Assembly: GCA_009859145.1 (NCBI GenBank)
Contig: VRVR01000006.1
Coordinates: forward strand, 245,455 to 309,454
DNA length: 64,000 nt
Direction of reading: 5' to 3'
Source of the DNA: Andalucia godoyi And28
Lineage: Eukaryota; Protista; Jakobida
In this document: positions 8,457 through 18,160 of the stretch, one piece after another
Numbering within the stretch: the first letter of the stretch is position 1
Layout: each line of letters opens with the position of its first letter
The notes under the pieces: generated by a model
What the model was told of the DNA's origin: nothing
Seen by the model: the letters and a program-made list of their open reading frames with translations, nothing else
Database searches by the model: none
Made by a program: the position numbers and the translations under genes

Positions 8457-11006
8457 ATGTCCATATCGTCTGAGAGTGCTGCAGAGGCAGCAAAGTTAGC
8501 AGAATATGCACAATTGATGAGCACAACTTCATCCAATTCAAGTCCTGGAAAGCGAAAAACTCTGGTTCGCAGAAAAACAGAAGAGGGATCGTCTCCGAAT
8601 GGGAAGAAGCGCGTTCTTGTGGTGAAGAAGGATCATCCAAGTGCATCGGATGATGTTTTTGATTCCAATTCAAGTGGGGCCGCGGGAAGCTCTCGATACA
8701 TCCCGGAGACATTGCTATCCTCGAAGAATTCCAGGGAGCAAGGGCCGGGTGTACCCTCCCAAAAATCGCGACTTAAAGCTTCTATTCTTGGTTTAGGAGA
8801 TGATTTTGAATCAGACGACGCCAGTAGCGTTGTCTCACAAAGCCTTCGCGGGTATTCGCAACCATCTTCTGCCCGAGATCTTCTTCAGAGGACTCTCAGT
8901 TCTTCACAGAAGTTAGCCTCTCTCAATGTTCAGCTTGTATCCGATGAGAATTTAACGAGAAGATTGGAGAACAAGATCGAATCGCAATTAGATGCGTCGC
9001 AGAAGCTTGCGCATTTGAAAACAGCTGGCTCAAAGGACGAAGCGGAGAAAAGGCGAAAATTGCGTAAGATGTCGTTTGCTGAACAGCTGGTCGCAACCAA
9101 GGATGAGCGAGCTTTGCAGCTCTGGGATCAACGTCAAGAAGAGTGGCAACAGATTAAGACTTCCGTCGCGAAAAAGGTTCGTCGCGATCCTGCTGAATTG
9201 CAAATGAGCAATGTTGACGAATTTAGATCCCGCAAAGAAGAAGTGGACTTTTTCGATGGAGCCGTCCCTGAGCACATTAAAAGAGGAAGTGTCCCTTGGG
9301 ACTCCACGTTGAGAGAAGGTGCCTCTGGCTCAGTTGGAGGTGCGCGTCTCCAGCAGTTCGGATGTGTTAGGTATCCGTATCCCATTTTCGCCACGATTCC
9401 TGATAAAGGCCAACACCGTGCGTTTGAGACCATTCGTGTTCCTCATGATGCCAGGAGCAGAACGCTGGAAGGACCTCTTAAGAATAGGACCGCACAGCCC
9501 GGCTGGAAAGAATCAGATTATTATAAGAAGAAGGAAAAGGAGTTTCGAAAATATTTGGACGCTGCCCGACCGCACATGCCGGAGGCGGAGGAGCTCGAGG
9601 TTCTAGGACAGGGCATTTTCGCTGTTGAAGAGTTGCAAAAACTCGTCGCTATGAATCCAGAACAGATCCTCGAAGAGGAAATTCTTGCGTTCAACAGCAC
9701 GCTGCACGACAATCAAGTTGCGGAAGAAATCCCATCTGACGATATCCACGCTCAGGAAGCAGAAGCTGTTGAAGCCTCTGCGAATTTCCTTCCTGGTCCT
9801 CATGTGATGTTTTCTGCAAACTCTTTGCTCCTGGCTTCAGAGGCGGGATCTTCTTCTCAAGATGTCGTGAAGGTCCGCAACACAGGCACCTGCGCTCTGT
9901 TCTTCGAATGGCGCCCAATGAAAATAATGTCGTCGCCAAATGATGCAGGCTCGAATGTTTTGTCGGAGTTTTTGAATTCCGACGTTGCCCCTTCCGACTC
10001 ATCTTTTCATTTTTATGACAAGGAAGGTTCTCTGCTTCCAGGAGAAGAACGATCGTTTGTCTTTGCTTTCGAATCCCATGTTTGTGGTTCTTTTTCAGAG
10101 CTGTGGGAGTTTTCCACTGTCCCGCAAATTACTGATGGGACGAGTTGCAAGTTGATGTTATCCGGCATTTCAACGAACTTTGCTCGACGTCCAAAGGATG
10201 TTGCAGCATTTATGGCTGCACACACCTCAGACGTTTCTCGAGTCCTGCAGCGCTTGGATACCGATTCGTCGAGAGGTCCCTACTCTCTCCAGTCTCGGGC
10301 CCCCAAACAGTCTTCCCGAACCACCTCTCCTGTTGTTGACGATTATCTCGAGAGTTACCGCGAAGAATTTGAAGCTGTTAATGCTTGTTTCCCATTGTCT
10401 TTCCAGCCGCATATTCATTCGTCATTCAAGAAGTTGTATTCGCTCGTGTGTTCTCTTTTGGACGAAAATGAAGTGGAAATCAATGCACCTGCGAAGTGGT
10501 CGCATTCTGTTTCTGATCTCCGCGATCTCATCATGATGATTTCTCCGATTGACAAGCGAAGAGTGCTGCTGTCGCATGTCGAGTCCCTGATTGAGGGTTG
10601 CAACCGACCCTCTGATTCTGTCGCTTCAGCAGTACATGCAGGAATTATTTACAGAAGCCTGGCGGAATTGTGCGACCAAATTGACGAGTCTTCGTCAGTG
10701 CTTCGTCAAGAACTGGGCCTGGAGATGTCTCCTGAGCAATTGAGACTGATGGAGGAGGCTGCCGCCGCCGCCGCCGCTGCTGCCGCTGCTGCTGCTAAGA
10801 GCAAGAAGCCCGGAAAAGACGCAGGACCTCCCCCTGCTCCTACTTCGCCTCCTGGCCCGGATTTGTCAGATCCCGCCGTGCGGGCGTCGTTAGAAGAGGA
10901 GTTTTCTCAGAAATTGCAGACCTGCGTTCGTTCTGCTTTTGGAGCGTTTGCAGATTCTGTCGACACACGATGCAAGCAGGCAGACCGAATTGCAGCACTG
11001 ATATAA
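8457..11006 (+). CDS. MYCBPAP: MYCBP-associated protein-like (flagellar central-apparatus type, ASH/Ig-like domain)
   Basis: First ATG at 8457 follows a TTGCAG acceptor. Motifs include DERALQLWDQRQEEW, MSNVDEFRSRKEE, RNTGTCALFFEW and GSLLPGEERSFVFAFES...FSELWEF. Confidence 0.78.
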   Translation: MSISSESAAEAAKLAEYAQLMSTTSSNSSPGKRKTLVRRKTEEGSSPNGKKRVLVVKKDHPSASDDVFDSNSSGAAGSSRYIPETLLSSKNSREQGPGVPSQKSRLKASILGLGDDFESDDASSVVSQSLRGYSQPSSARDLLQRTLSSSQKLASLNVQLVSDENLTRRLENKIESQLDASQKLAHLKTAGSKDEAEKRRKLRKMSFAEQLVATKDERALQLWDQRQEEWQQIKTSVAKKVRRDPAELQMSNVDEFRSRKEEVDFFDGAVPEHIKRGSVPWDSTLREGASGSVGGARLQQFGCVRYPYPIFATIPDKGQHRAFETIRVPHDARSRTLEGPLKNRTAQPGWKESDYYKKKEKEFRKYLDAARPHMPEAEELEVLGQGIFAVEELQKLVAMNPEQILEEEILAFNSTLHDNQVAEEIPSDDIHAQEAEAVEASANFLPGPHVMFSANSLLLASEAGSSSQDVVKVRNTGTCALFFEWRPMKIMSSPNDAGSNVLSEFLNSDVAPSDSSFHFYDKEGSLLPGEERSFVFAFESHVCGSFSELWEFSTVPQITDGTSCKLMLSGISTNFARRPKDVAAFMAAHTSDVSRVLQRLDTDSSRGPYSLQSRAPKQSSRTTSPVVDDYLESYREEFEAVNACFPLSFQPHIHSSFKKLYSLVCSLLDENEVEINAPAKWSHSVSDLRDLIMMISPIDKRRVLLSHVESLIEGCNRPSDSVASAVHAGIIYRSLAELCDQIDESSSVLRQELGLEMSPEQLRLMEEAAAAAAAAAAAAAKSKKPGKDAGPPPAPTSPPGPDLSDPAVRASLEEEFSQKLQTCVRSAFGAFADSVDTRCKQADRIAALI

Positions 11007-11239
11007 TGCTTGCAATATTTGGCATGCAAGCAGTAGAGTGTAAATTATTGGATTCTGCAGTATGTACTGTCCAGTGTGAACATGCGGTTGTTGTTGTTGT
11101 CCTATGAAAAATTGGCTTTGCATATCATACGCATTGCCATCCCGTTGCCGGTTTGCCGCTGTATCTTTGGAAATGCGCTGCTTTTGTTTTGCAGATGCAT
11201 AAATTGTTTCCTTGTTCTTCATTGTACTGTACAAGTCCC

Positions 11240-11992
11240 CTACATTCGGACCTGATAGACGTATCCAAGTGGATGATCGGCATAGGTCCGTTCTACTGTT
11301 AGTCGACCTTCTCGTTTTGTCCTGCTGAGAAGCTCGGACGACACCTCGGGTTTGAATCCATTGTCCTCCAAAATTTTCAGGATGGTCTTATCGGCAACAC
11401 CACGATCCACGTTCTCCCAAATCCATTGCAACCATTCATCAGGCACTACTCCAAGGAGCCGTTCTCGCAAGTCTCTGTAGGAAACCTTTCCATCCTTGTT
11501 TGTGTCTGTCGCCATAAAATTCGAAACGTACGATTCCAAAGCTGAGCCAGCATACCCTTCTTCGACGAGAACTTTGCGAACGCAGTCTTCTGTGATGAAG
11601 CCGCGAAATAACTGAGAAATGTTGAATTTTGTGAATTGCGCAAGAACATTCAGTTCCGAAGGCTTGTTTGAAGTGCGCATAGCACAGAACTCGTCAAAGT
11701 CGATTGCGCCGTCTCTGTTAATATCTACTTCCGCAACCATATCTTTGAGTTTCTTGAGCGTTGGAAACAATCGAAGAGCACGAAGAACCGTTCTCAAGTC
11801 GTCGGTTGAGATAAGTCCATCGTGTCCAATATCGAGTTTGTTGAATATGCGGCGCATCGCCTGTGGAGATTCAACGCCCCCGGAGTTCCCATGTCCTTGC
11901 CGTTGGTTGTCACGATCATCTGCATTTGAAGACGGAGAATTTTGCGACTGCGGTCCAGTTGCAGCAACGGCAGCAGCGCTGGGAGCTTCCAT
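11240..11992 (-). CDS. Calmodulin-like EF-hand protein with a unique C-terminal tail (250 aa)
   Basis: EF-hand loops DIGHDGLISTDD, DINRDGAIDFDE and DTNKDGKVSYRD; first ATG at 11992. Confidence 0.85.
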   Translation of the reverse strand: MEAPSAAAVAATGPQSQNSPSSNADDRDNQRQGHGNSGGVESPQAMRRIFNKLDIGHDGLISTDDLRTVLRALRLFPTLKKLKDMVAEVDINRDGAIDFDEFCAMRTSNKPSELNVLAQFTKFNISQLFRGFITEDCVRKVLVEEGYAGSALESYVSNFMATDTNKDGKVSYRDLRERLLGVVPDEWLQWIWENVDRGVADKTILKILEDNGFKPEVSSELLSRTKREGRLTVERTYADHPLGYVYQVRM

Positions 11993-12321
11993 CAGGACTT
12001 TGAGCAACAGTTCTTTTTTCTTGCCAGCTCTTCCACGACGAAGACCAGACAGGTATATCGATCAGGGTTTCAAGAAGACCGTAATTCCGTGGTGGGAAGT
12101 GGCCGAGTCAGAAAGTCGGGAATGGAGAAATTTGCCACATCTTTTCCGTCGACCAACGTCAACAACGTTTAAAAAGCTTTTTGGCAGCCTCTGGACGTTT
12201 TCAGAACCCCCCCCCGCACATGCTTCTCCGTTTTTCTTCCTCTCTCGTTTCTCCAATACTTCCTCGATTGCAGTTTTGCAAAAAACACAAACCCGTTCCT
12301 TCGACCCAGCCACATCTGCAC

Positions 12322-13703
12322 ATGGTTACGCTCTGGAGGTTTGTGCTTTGTGCACTCGTGCTTGCTTCGACATGCCGTGCGACGAACATTGGCTCTTTTT
12401 GGCAGATCACGGATTTTCATGTATGTGTGTGTTTTCTCGTCCGTCTCCTTTTTGTCACTTATTTCAATCTGAAACCCCTATTATCTCATTGATTTACGTT
12501 CTTCCCCAGACCGATGAGTTTTATCTTCCAGGGAGTGATCCTTCGTGCGACTTACCTGAGTGCTGTCGCGTGCTGAACCCTGCCTCGTCTGTCAAGGCTG
12601 GTCCGTTTGGGGATTTTCAATGCGACATTCCAATGCAGACGACATTGTCTGCAATGGAGTTTGTCTCGGCACAGAATCCGGATTTTGTGATTCAGAGCGG
12701 AGACATTGTTCCACATGATCTCCAGATGCAGAATCGGACTCTGGCGCTGACTCGATTGAAGACCCATTCCCTTGCTTTTCAAAAATACTTCGGGTCCGTT
12801 TCAATGTTGCATGCCATTGGCAATCACGACACGTTTCCAGTCGATCAGTTTGATGACACCAATGCCTGGGACTGGTTACTTCAACCATTGTCACAGGACA
12901 TTTATGCACCGTTTCTCTCTGCCGAAGAACAAGTCACATACGCCCGTGGTGGATACTTTAGCCGCTCTGTGAGCCCCAAGATGCGTGTCATTGTGTTGAA
13001 CACTCAGTACGGCGATCCCTTGAACTTCTTCTCCTATTCATTCGTTGAGGATCCCGCTGGCCAAGTTGCATGGCTGACTGGTGAACTTGCCGACGCCCGT
13101 GCTCAGAAGCAAAGTATTATTATGGTGGAGCACATTCCGTTTGGAACAACGTTCGCAGGCAAGGAAGAGCTTGTTTCGTATTCGTACGGTGACAAACTAC
13201 TCCCGTTGTTCGAGGAGTATTCCGCCGAGATCAAGGTTCATCTGGCAGGGCATGTGCACACCGATTCGTTTAGAATTCTGCAACGTGCAAATGCTTCCTC
13301 CTGTTTCGGAGTTCAGCATCTGAGTCCTGCTGCGACGGCCCACGTTGGTTTGAATCCAGAAGTCCGAGAGTTCGTATATGACCGTGATTCTGGCGAGATT
13401 TTAGACATCAAGACGTACTGGATCAACTTAACCGAGGCGAATGCAAGCGGATCAATCAAATGGACTTTTGCGTATTCTCATAAGGACGTGTACGAGCTTC
13501 CAGATTTGAATTGTGCATCATTTGAAAAGTTGCGGAAGTCCATGTTTTCTGACGACATAACTTGGGGCAATTTTATGGTTCGGTTCCGGGGTCAGAACGG
13601 AAAACCTGCTGGCTGCATGAACGATTGCCGAACCGAACATCTGTGTTCTATGGGTTGGGTGTTTCACGATGATTACAAATCCTGCATGAAGATTCCTGTG
13701 TGA
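12322..13703 (+). CDS. Secreted acid sphingomyelinase-like metallophosphoesterase (SMPD1/SMPDL3 family); join(12322..12420,12510..13703)
   Basis: Signal peptide; WQITDFH followed by an 89-nt phase-0 GTATGT...CCCAG intron; motifs GPFGDFQCD, SGDIVPHD, AIGNHDTFP, EHIPFG and AGHVHTD. Confidence 0.92.
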
Positions 13704-14050
13704 TCCATGGACGCATTATTTATTTGTTATGTAGGTGCGGGTGCGAGGATTGGACTTACGTTTATTTTTGATTCCAAGACAATCCCACACTCTGAGTGCA
13801 AAATAAACACTTCGCATCAATATTTTTTTGTTTTTGTTTTTTGTTGGAGTTTGTCCGTGACTCCCAGCTAGGAAACGGTCATTGCGTTAGTAAACAGTTG
13901 CACACTTCATCAGAAAATGGATTGTATGCGAAATAAAACACGATGAGACAGGCACAACAGAGGATCCATGAGGAGGCGCGGAAAAGAGGAAACTAAGAAG
14001 GACGTGCAGCGTAAATGAATCATCAGGCCCTCACACCAAATACGGATTCC

Positions 14051-15864
14051 TCAAGCATACGCAGCCATGTTTGCTCCTCGTCGATCCATTTCAGCGATCT
14101 GATCTCGCAGCTTGGCAGTCAACTGAATGGTGTCCATAAGAATTGAGCGCATGCGATCTTTTGTCTCCCGTTTCATTACGTGAGGACCATTTCGAACACC
14201 TGCAAGCGACTGATCAGCAGACGACTTACCGTCACCAGAGTTTGCCTGCTGAGCTTGGATGGTTTGAGCATGAGAGCGCATTACACGATATTCTCTCTGG
14301 AACATGTCAACCGAGAGATCTCGAACCAGTCTTTCGTCTTCATAAACATGAACTCGAATCAAAGAAGTGTTGGTTGATGCACTCTTCGACGGTCGGAACG
14401 CAGAAAACATTCGAGTCGGTTTCCCCAGTGCGGTTCGCAACAGGTCATTCGCTTCAATGATCTGCGCTTGGAGAGTCTCAAAGGAGACCCGCTCTTCCAC
14501 AGCAGTTTCGTGACGAATCGCAGCTTCTTTCGCCTTTTCCTTTTGTTTGCTTTGCGTTAGATGCCTCTGAGATGCGTGCGTAGATGGCGCACTGCTGGGA
14601 CGTTTGCCAGCACCACTGGAAGACTTCGAATGCTTCGCGGTTGTCGGGCGAGAATCGTTCTGCCCGTTTCTCGTTGCATGCGATGCAGTCGCTGACGATG
14701 GGTGCGAAGCCTGGAGATCGCCACTGTTCCCGTCATTCCTGCTCGATATCGTAACACCAGACTTGGAAACTTGGCTCTGTTGCTGTTGCAACATTGCCAT
14801 ATTAGACTGCAAATGCGTGACGGAAAACGGGTTTCCCAATCCACGCGATGCATTGGACGAACGAGGAAGCAGGGCAACTACAGATCGGGGAGACGGACGA
14901 GATGTTGAGGGGCGAACCGGCTGTCTTGGAGGAAACAGTTGTCCAGTTGACGAATTCACCACTCCTCCTGATGATCCAGAAGACGACAATCCAACGGTGC
15001 CCAGCATCTTCACCAGATTTTCTGCGTATGGAGACCGATGTCTCTGAGACAACGCAGTGGCTTGCTTATCTTTCGACTGCTCCTGTGCAAAAAATTCCGA
15101 CCACGCTCGGGCCGTCTGCGGCCGCGAACTGGCTATTGGCCGTGCTGGCGACGGCGAAAGCGCAAGAGAGTCGTCTCCTGCACTGTTTCCAGGATAGCTG
15201 GAAGTCCGCATTTGTGATGGGTGGATGTGAGGTTGAGATAGCGAACCTGGCGATACATCTCGCACGTAAGCATGAAGTGCAGAGCGAAACAATACGGATT
15301 CTTCATCGCTGTCGGCATCCGCGATGTTGACATCCGGTCGTTTGCTCATTGGATAGAAATTAGGCATTGCAGGCTCCTTCGAGTGCCCGTGACGGGCTGT
15401 GGAGGGCCTTCCACGACTTGAAGAGCTTGGACGATGAGCATTTCTGGACGCGCTCTTTGCACGAGATGCAGAACTGTACCTGACGGTTTTCATTGTCTTT
15501 CCTCCTTTGTGTCGTGAGTAGAGACGATCGATTTCTGCGTCTAGATCGTCATCGTTGTCTGACGCATCGGCGGTATCATTCGCAGCGCCTCTGATATCTA
15601 ATACATTTCAAAAAAAAATTGTAGCAGAAGAAGAAGAAGAAGAAGAAGAAGAATAATAATAATAATAAGAATAATGATAACAATAATGATAAGGAATCAA
15701 AGATTAGATCACGATCACAGTGAAACCGAGTAACCAAAACGGCAACTCAACGGACATAATTCTGGGCTTCCCCACATACCTGCAAGTTCTGACTGTGTTT
15801 GCTTTCGAAGCGAAGACAGGATCGATTGAAAAGTCTGCTGGTCCAAGTAATCGTCATCGGCCAT
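14051..15864 (-). CDS. Ser/Arg-rich hypothetical protein (543 aa); join(15864..15780,15597..14051)
   Basis: Exon 1 MADDDYLDQ...ELA ends at G|GTATGT. A 182-nt phase-1 intron ends TTAG|AT and reads in frame into the 480-aa ORF. No family recognised. Confidence 0.75.
15626..15690. repeat. (GAA)n/(TAA)n microsatellite inside the intron of the 14051-15864 gene
   Basis: Read directly from the sequence. Confidence 0.9.
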
Positions 15865-16259
15865 TCTCAAATATGTTTACTGCTCGAGAAGTCTCAAGAA
15901 ACCAAACCAGTACCGCAACAAACGGCCAATCGCTCGGATGACAAACAAACGGCTTCACAAAGCGTTTCCCAGCTGCTTTGTCTTGGATGTGAGAAGCTGG
16001 AAACGAAAGGGACCCAGCAATCAAGTGATGCTGCATTTTTTGTCGGATCTTTTTTCCTATGCGGTCTTCTCGCACCCGACAAAAGTCTGCGCTTCCTTGT
16101 CGTTTGATGGGAATCGGACTTTTTTTTTGCGTTGTGCGCAGACGTTTTGCTCAGTGCTCTTCATTTCCCTGCGAACCCGGTCTTTTTTCTCCTTCTCTCG
16201 CGAATTACACGTTTTCGATGCGCCCCGGGACGAAGGTCTATCCTTGGATGTTAGAATAG

Positions 16260-18014
16260 ATGCTCCGTGCCTCAAAGTCCAAAGTTGCCTGGAATCCTTT
16301 GTGGATCACTTTGAGACGCCACCCAGCTGTTACTGCTGTTGCATGCTTGTGCTTAGTTGGATTGTTTGTTGCCGGACTGGTTCCAGGTTTCAGCAAAGAC
16401 ATATCACCCGTGCAACAGCCGGCACCGCAGCGTGCCCAGCCTCAGCCTCGCAGCCCGACTGTTCAACCTAGCAGGGCAACAACGATCACGTCTCCTTCCA
16501 CACCGCAGAAAAAGTCTCCAGAGCCGGTCTTGGTAGTTTCAGAGACATCGGACCAATCAGAACAATCAGAACAATCAGAGCAATCAGAACAATCAGACCA
16601 AGCCGACCAAGTCGACCAAGTCGACCATGTAGATGACGATGACCGACCCTCGGGGCTGGAGCAGACACCGTCTGAGGACCATTCTGAGGATGCTGACAAT
16701 CGCGAGGAGTCATCGCGGTCGTCAAAGAGAATCCATCACAAGGTATCTGTCGTGCCCCATGCAGTGCTCGTCCTCAGTGACCAAGAATCTCGAGTGAATG
16801 AAGCACTGAAAGGGGGACCTATGGGAGAGGTTGTCATCACGGCGTCGTACCCAGCTGCGTTCGATTTTCTGACCGCATTCTTTGAGTCTGAACGCCCCCT
16901 GGATTCCCGAGTGACACTGCGAGCCAATTCAAATTCCGAAAAAGATATCGATCCGAGGCTTGCGAAATACGTCGAAGAATATGGCTGGAGTGCACCTGTG
17001 CTGCACACTGCACATTCCGGAAAGCAGCTGGATAGCATTTTGCAAGGACTCAGCCAGGACTGGGGCGTGGAAGCGAAGGATGTGACCTACTTTGTTGATA
17101 TGTATAGTTGGCCAACTGTTGCAGAGTCTCGGTTTCGCTCATTGTCGATCCCATTGTGTCGCTTGTACATTATTGATTACTGGGGTACTCCTGATAATCA
17201 GAACTGGAACAAGTTGGATCTTAAGCAGTATTTGGTGCAGAATGCCAATCCTTTTGGCAACACATTTTCGGGATACATTGCTGACCGACTGCATGCCCAA
17301 GTGCGGAGCAATGTACAAAAGCGTGAATCCAGAACTCTTGCAAGTGAGAAAAGTTCCAGTGCCACTCCACCCCCATCGTCTGACAGTGTGTGTCGTCCGA
17401 TGGCAAGGTGGCCCGGAAAGGAGGCATCTGCTATCGTATGGGGCAAGGAGGTGCAGTATTTTACCGGAAAAATGCACATTCTTGACAAGATAGCTCGCCA
17501 ACTTGGAATTACGATTCACATGACCGTGCGCGGTGCCGATACCGCTGCATTATTCAAAGGTCTATCTCCGCTGATTGTCAATCACGGAGTTCTATCTCCG
17601 TTGGATTTTGAGACGTTTCTTTCAAATGTTTCCGTGATTATTGGCATGGGACACCCGATACAAGGACCAACGGCGATTCAGGCAATGACGTATGGAACAG
17701 CATTCATTAACCCAATTTTTTCGTCCCCAGCCACTTTCAGTTCGAGACCCGCTTTGCCAGCCTTTTCTCAGTATGATATGTTGAAAGACTATTCGAAGGA
17801 TCCGGTGAGTTGTGCATCACGCCTCGTTTTCAACGTCGAGGAAGGAAATGAAGAGCAGTATGTCTTAGCCGTTGCCGATGCTTTAAATGAAGGTGCTCGA
17901 GGTGAGGGATGCTTTCTCGACGACCGTTTCACTACAAGGGGTTATGCCTGGCAGATGCTGGATTGGTTGTTGCAAACAGAAAACAGATGCGATGAAAGAA
18001 GGGCCACTGACTGA
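16260..18014 (+). CDS. Type II membrane glycosyltransferase of family GT18 (MGAT5/GnT-V-like)
   Basis: N-terminal TM and (SEQ)n stem; motifs GGPMGEVV, IIDYWGT, AIVWGK, NHGVLS and GMGHPIQGPTAIQAMTYGTAFINP, corresponding to GnT-V GGPLGELV, vDSFGT, vYGK, NHGILS and GLGFPYEGPAPLEAIANGCAFLNP. Confidence 0.82.
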   Translation: MLRASKSKVAWNPLWITLRRHPAVTAVACLCLVGLFVAGLVPGFSKDISPVQQPAPQRAQPQPRSPTVQPSRATTITSPSTPQKKSPEPVLVVSETSDQSEQSEQSEQSEQSDQADQVDQVDHVDDDDRPSGLEQTPSEDHSEDADNREESSRSSKRIHHKVSVVPHAVLVLSDQESRVNEALKGGPMGEVVITASYPAAFDFLTAFFESERPLDSRVTLRANSNSEKDIDPRLAKYVEEYGWSAPVLHTAHSGKQLDSILQGLSQDWGVEAKDVTYFVDMYSWPTVAESRFRSLSIPLCRLYIIDYWGTPDNQNWNKLDLKQYLVQNANPFGNTFSGYIADRLHAQVRSNVQKRESRTLASEKSSSATPPPSSDSVCRPMARWPGKEASAIVWGKEVQYFTGKMHILDKIARQLGITIHMTVRGADTAALFKGLSPLIVNHGVLSPLDFETFLSNVSVIIGMGHPIQGPTAIQAMTYGTAFINPIFSSPATFSSRPALPAFSQYDMLKDYSKDPVSCASRLVFNVEEGNEEQYVLAVADALNEGARGEGCFLDDRFTTRGYAWQMLDWLLQTENRCDERRATD

Positions 18015-18160
18015 TATTGTTGTTTCGTCCTTGGTGTACTTGTTGTTTCTCCTCACCCGTTCTTCTTCTTCTTCTTCTTCTTCTTCTTCTGTTACTACTG
18101 CTGTTTCCTTTTTCTTATTGTTTGGCCACAAAATTCACTTCAGGAAAAGCGCAATGTGCC

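Noticed and set aside
11619-12509. Apparent 694-aa ORF overlapping the EF-hand gene antisense
   Set aside because: An in-frame stop-free run through the intron and upstream region; the real gene starts at 12322 in another frame with a signal peptide.
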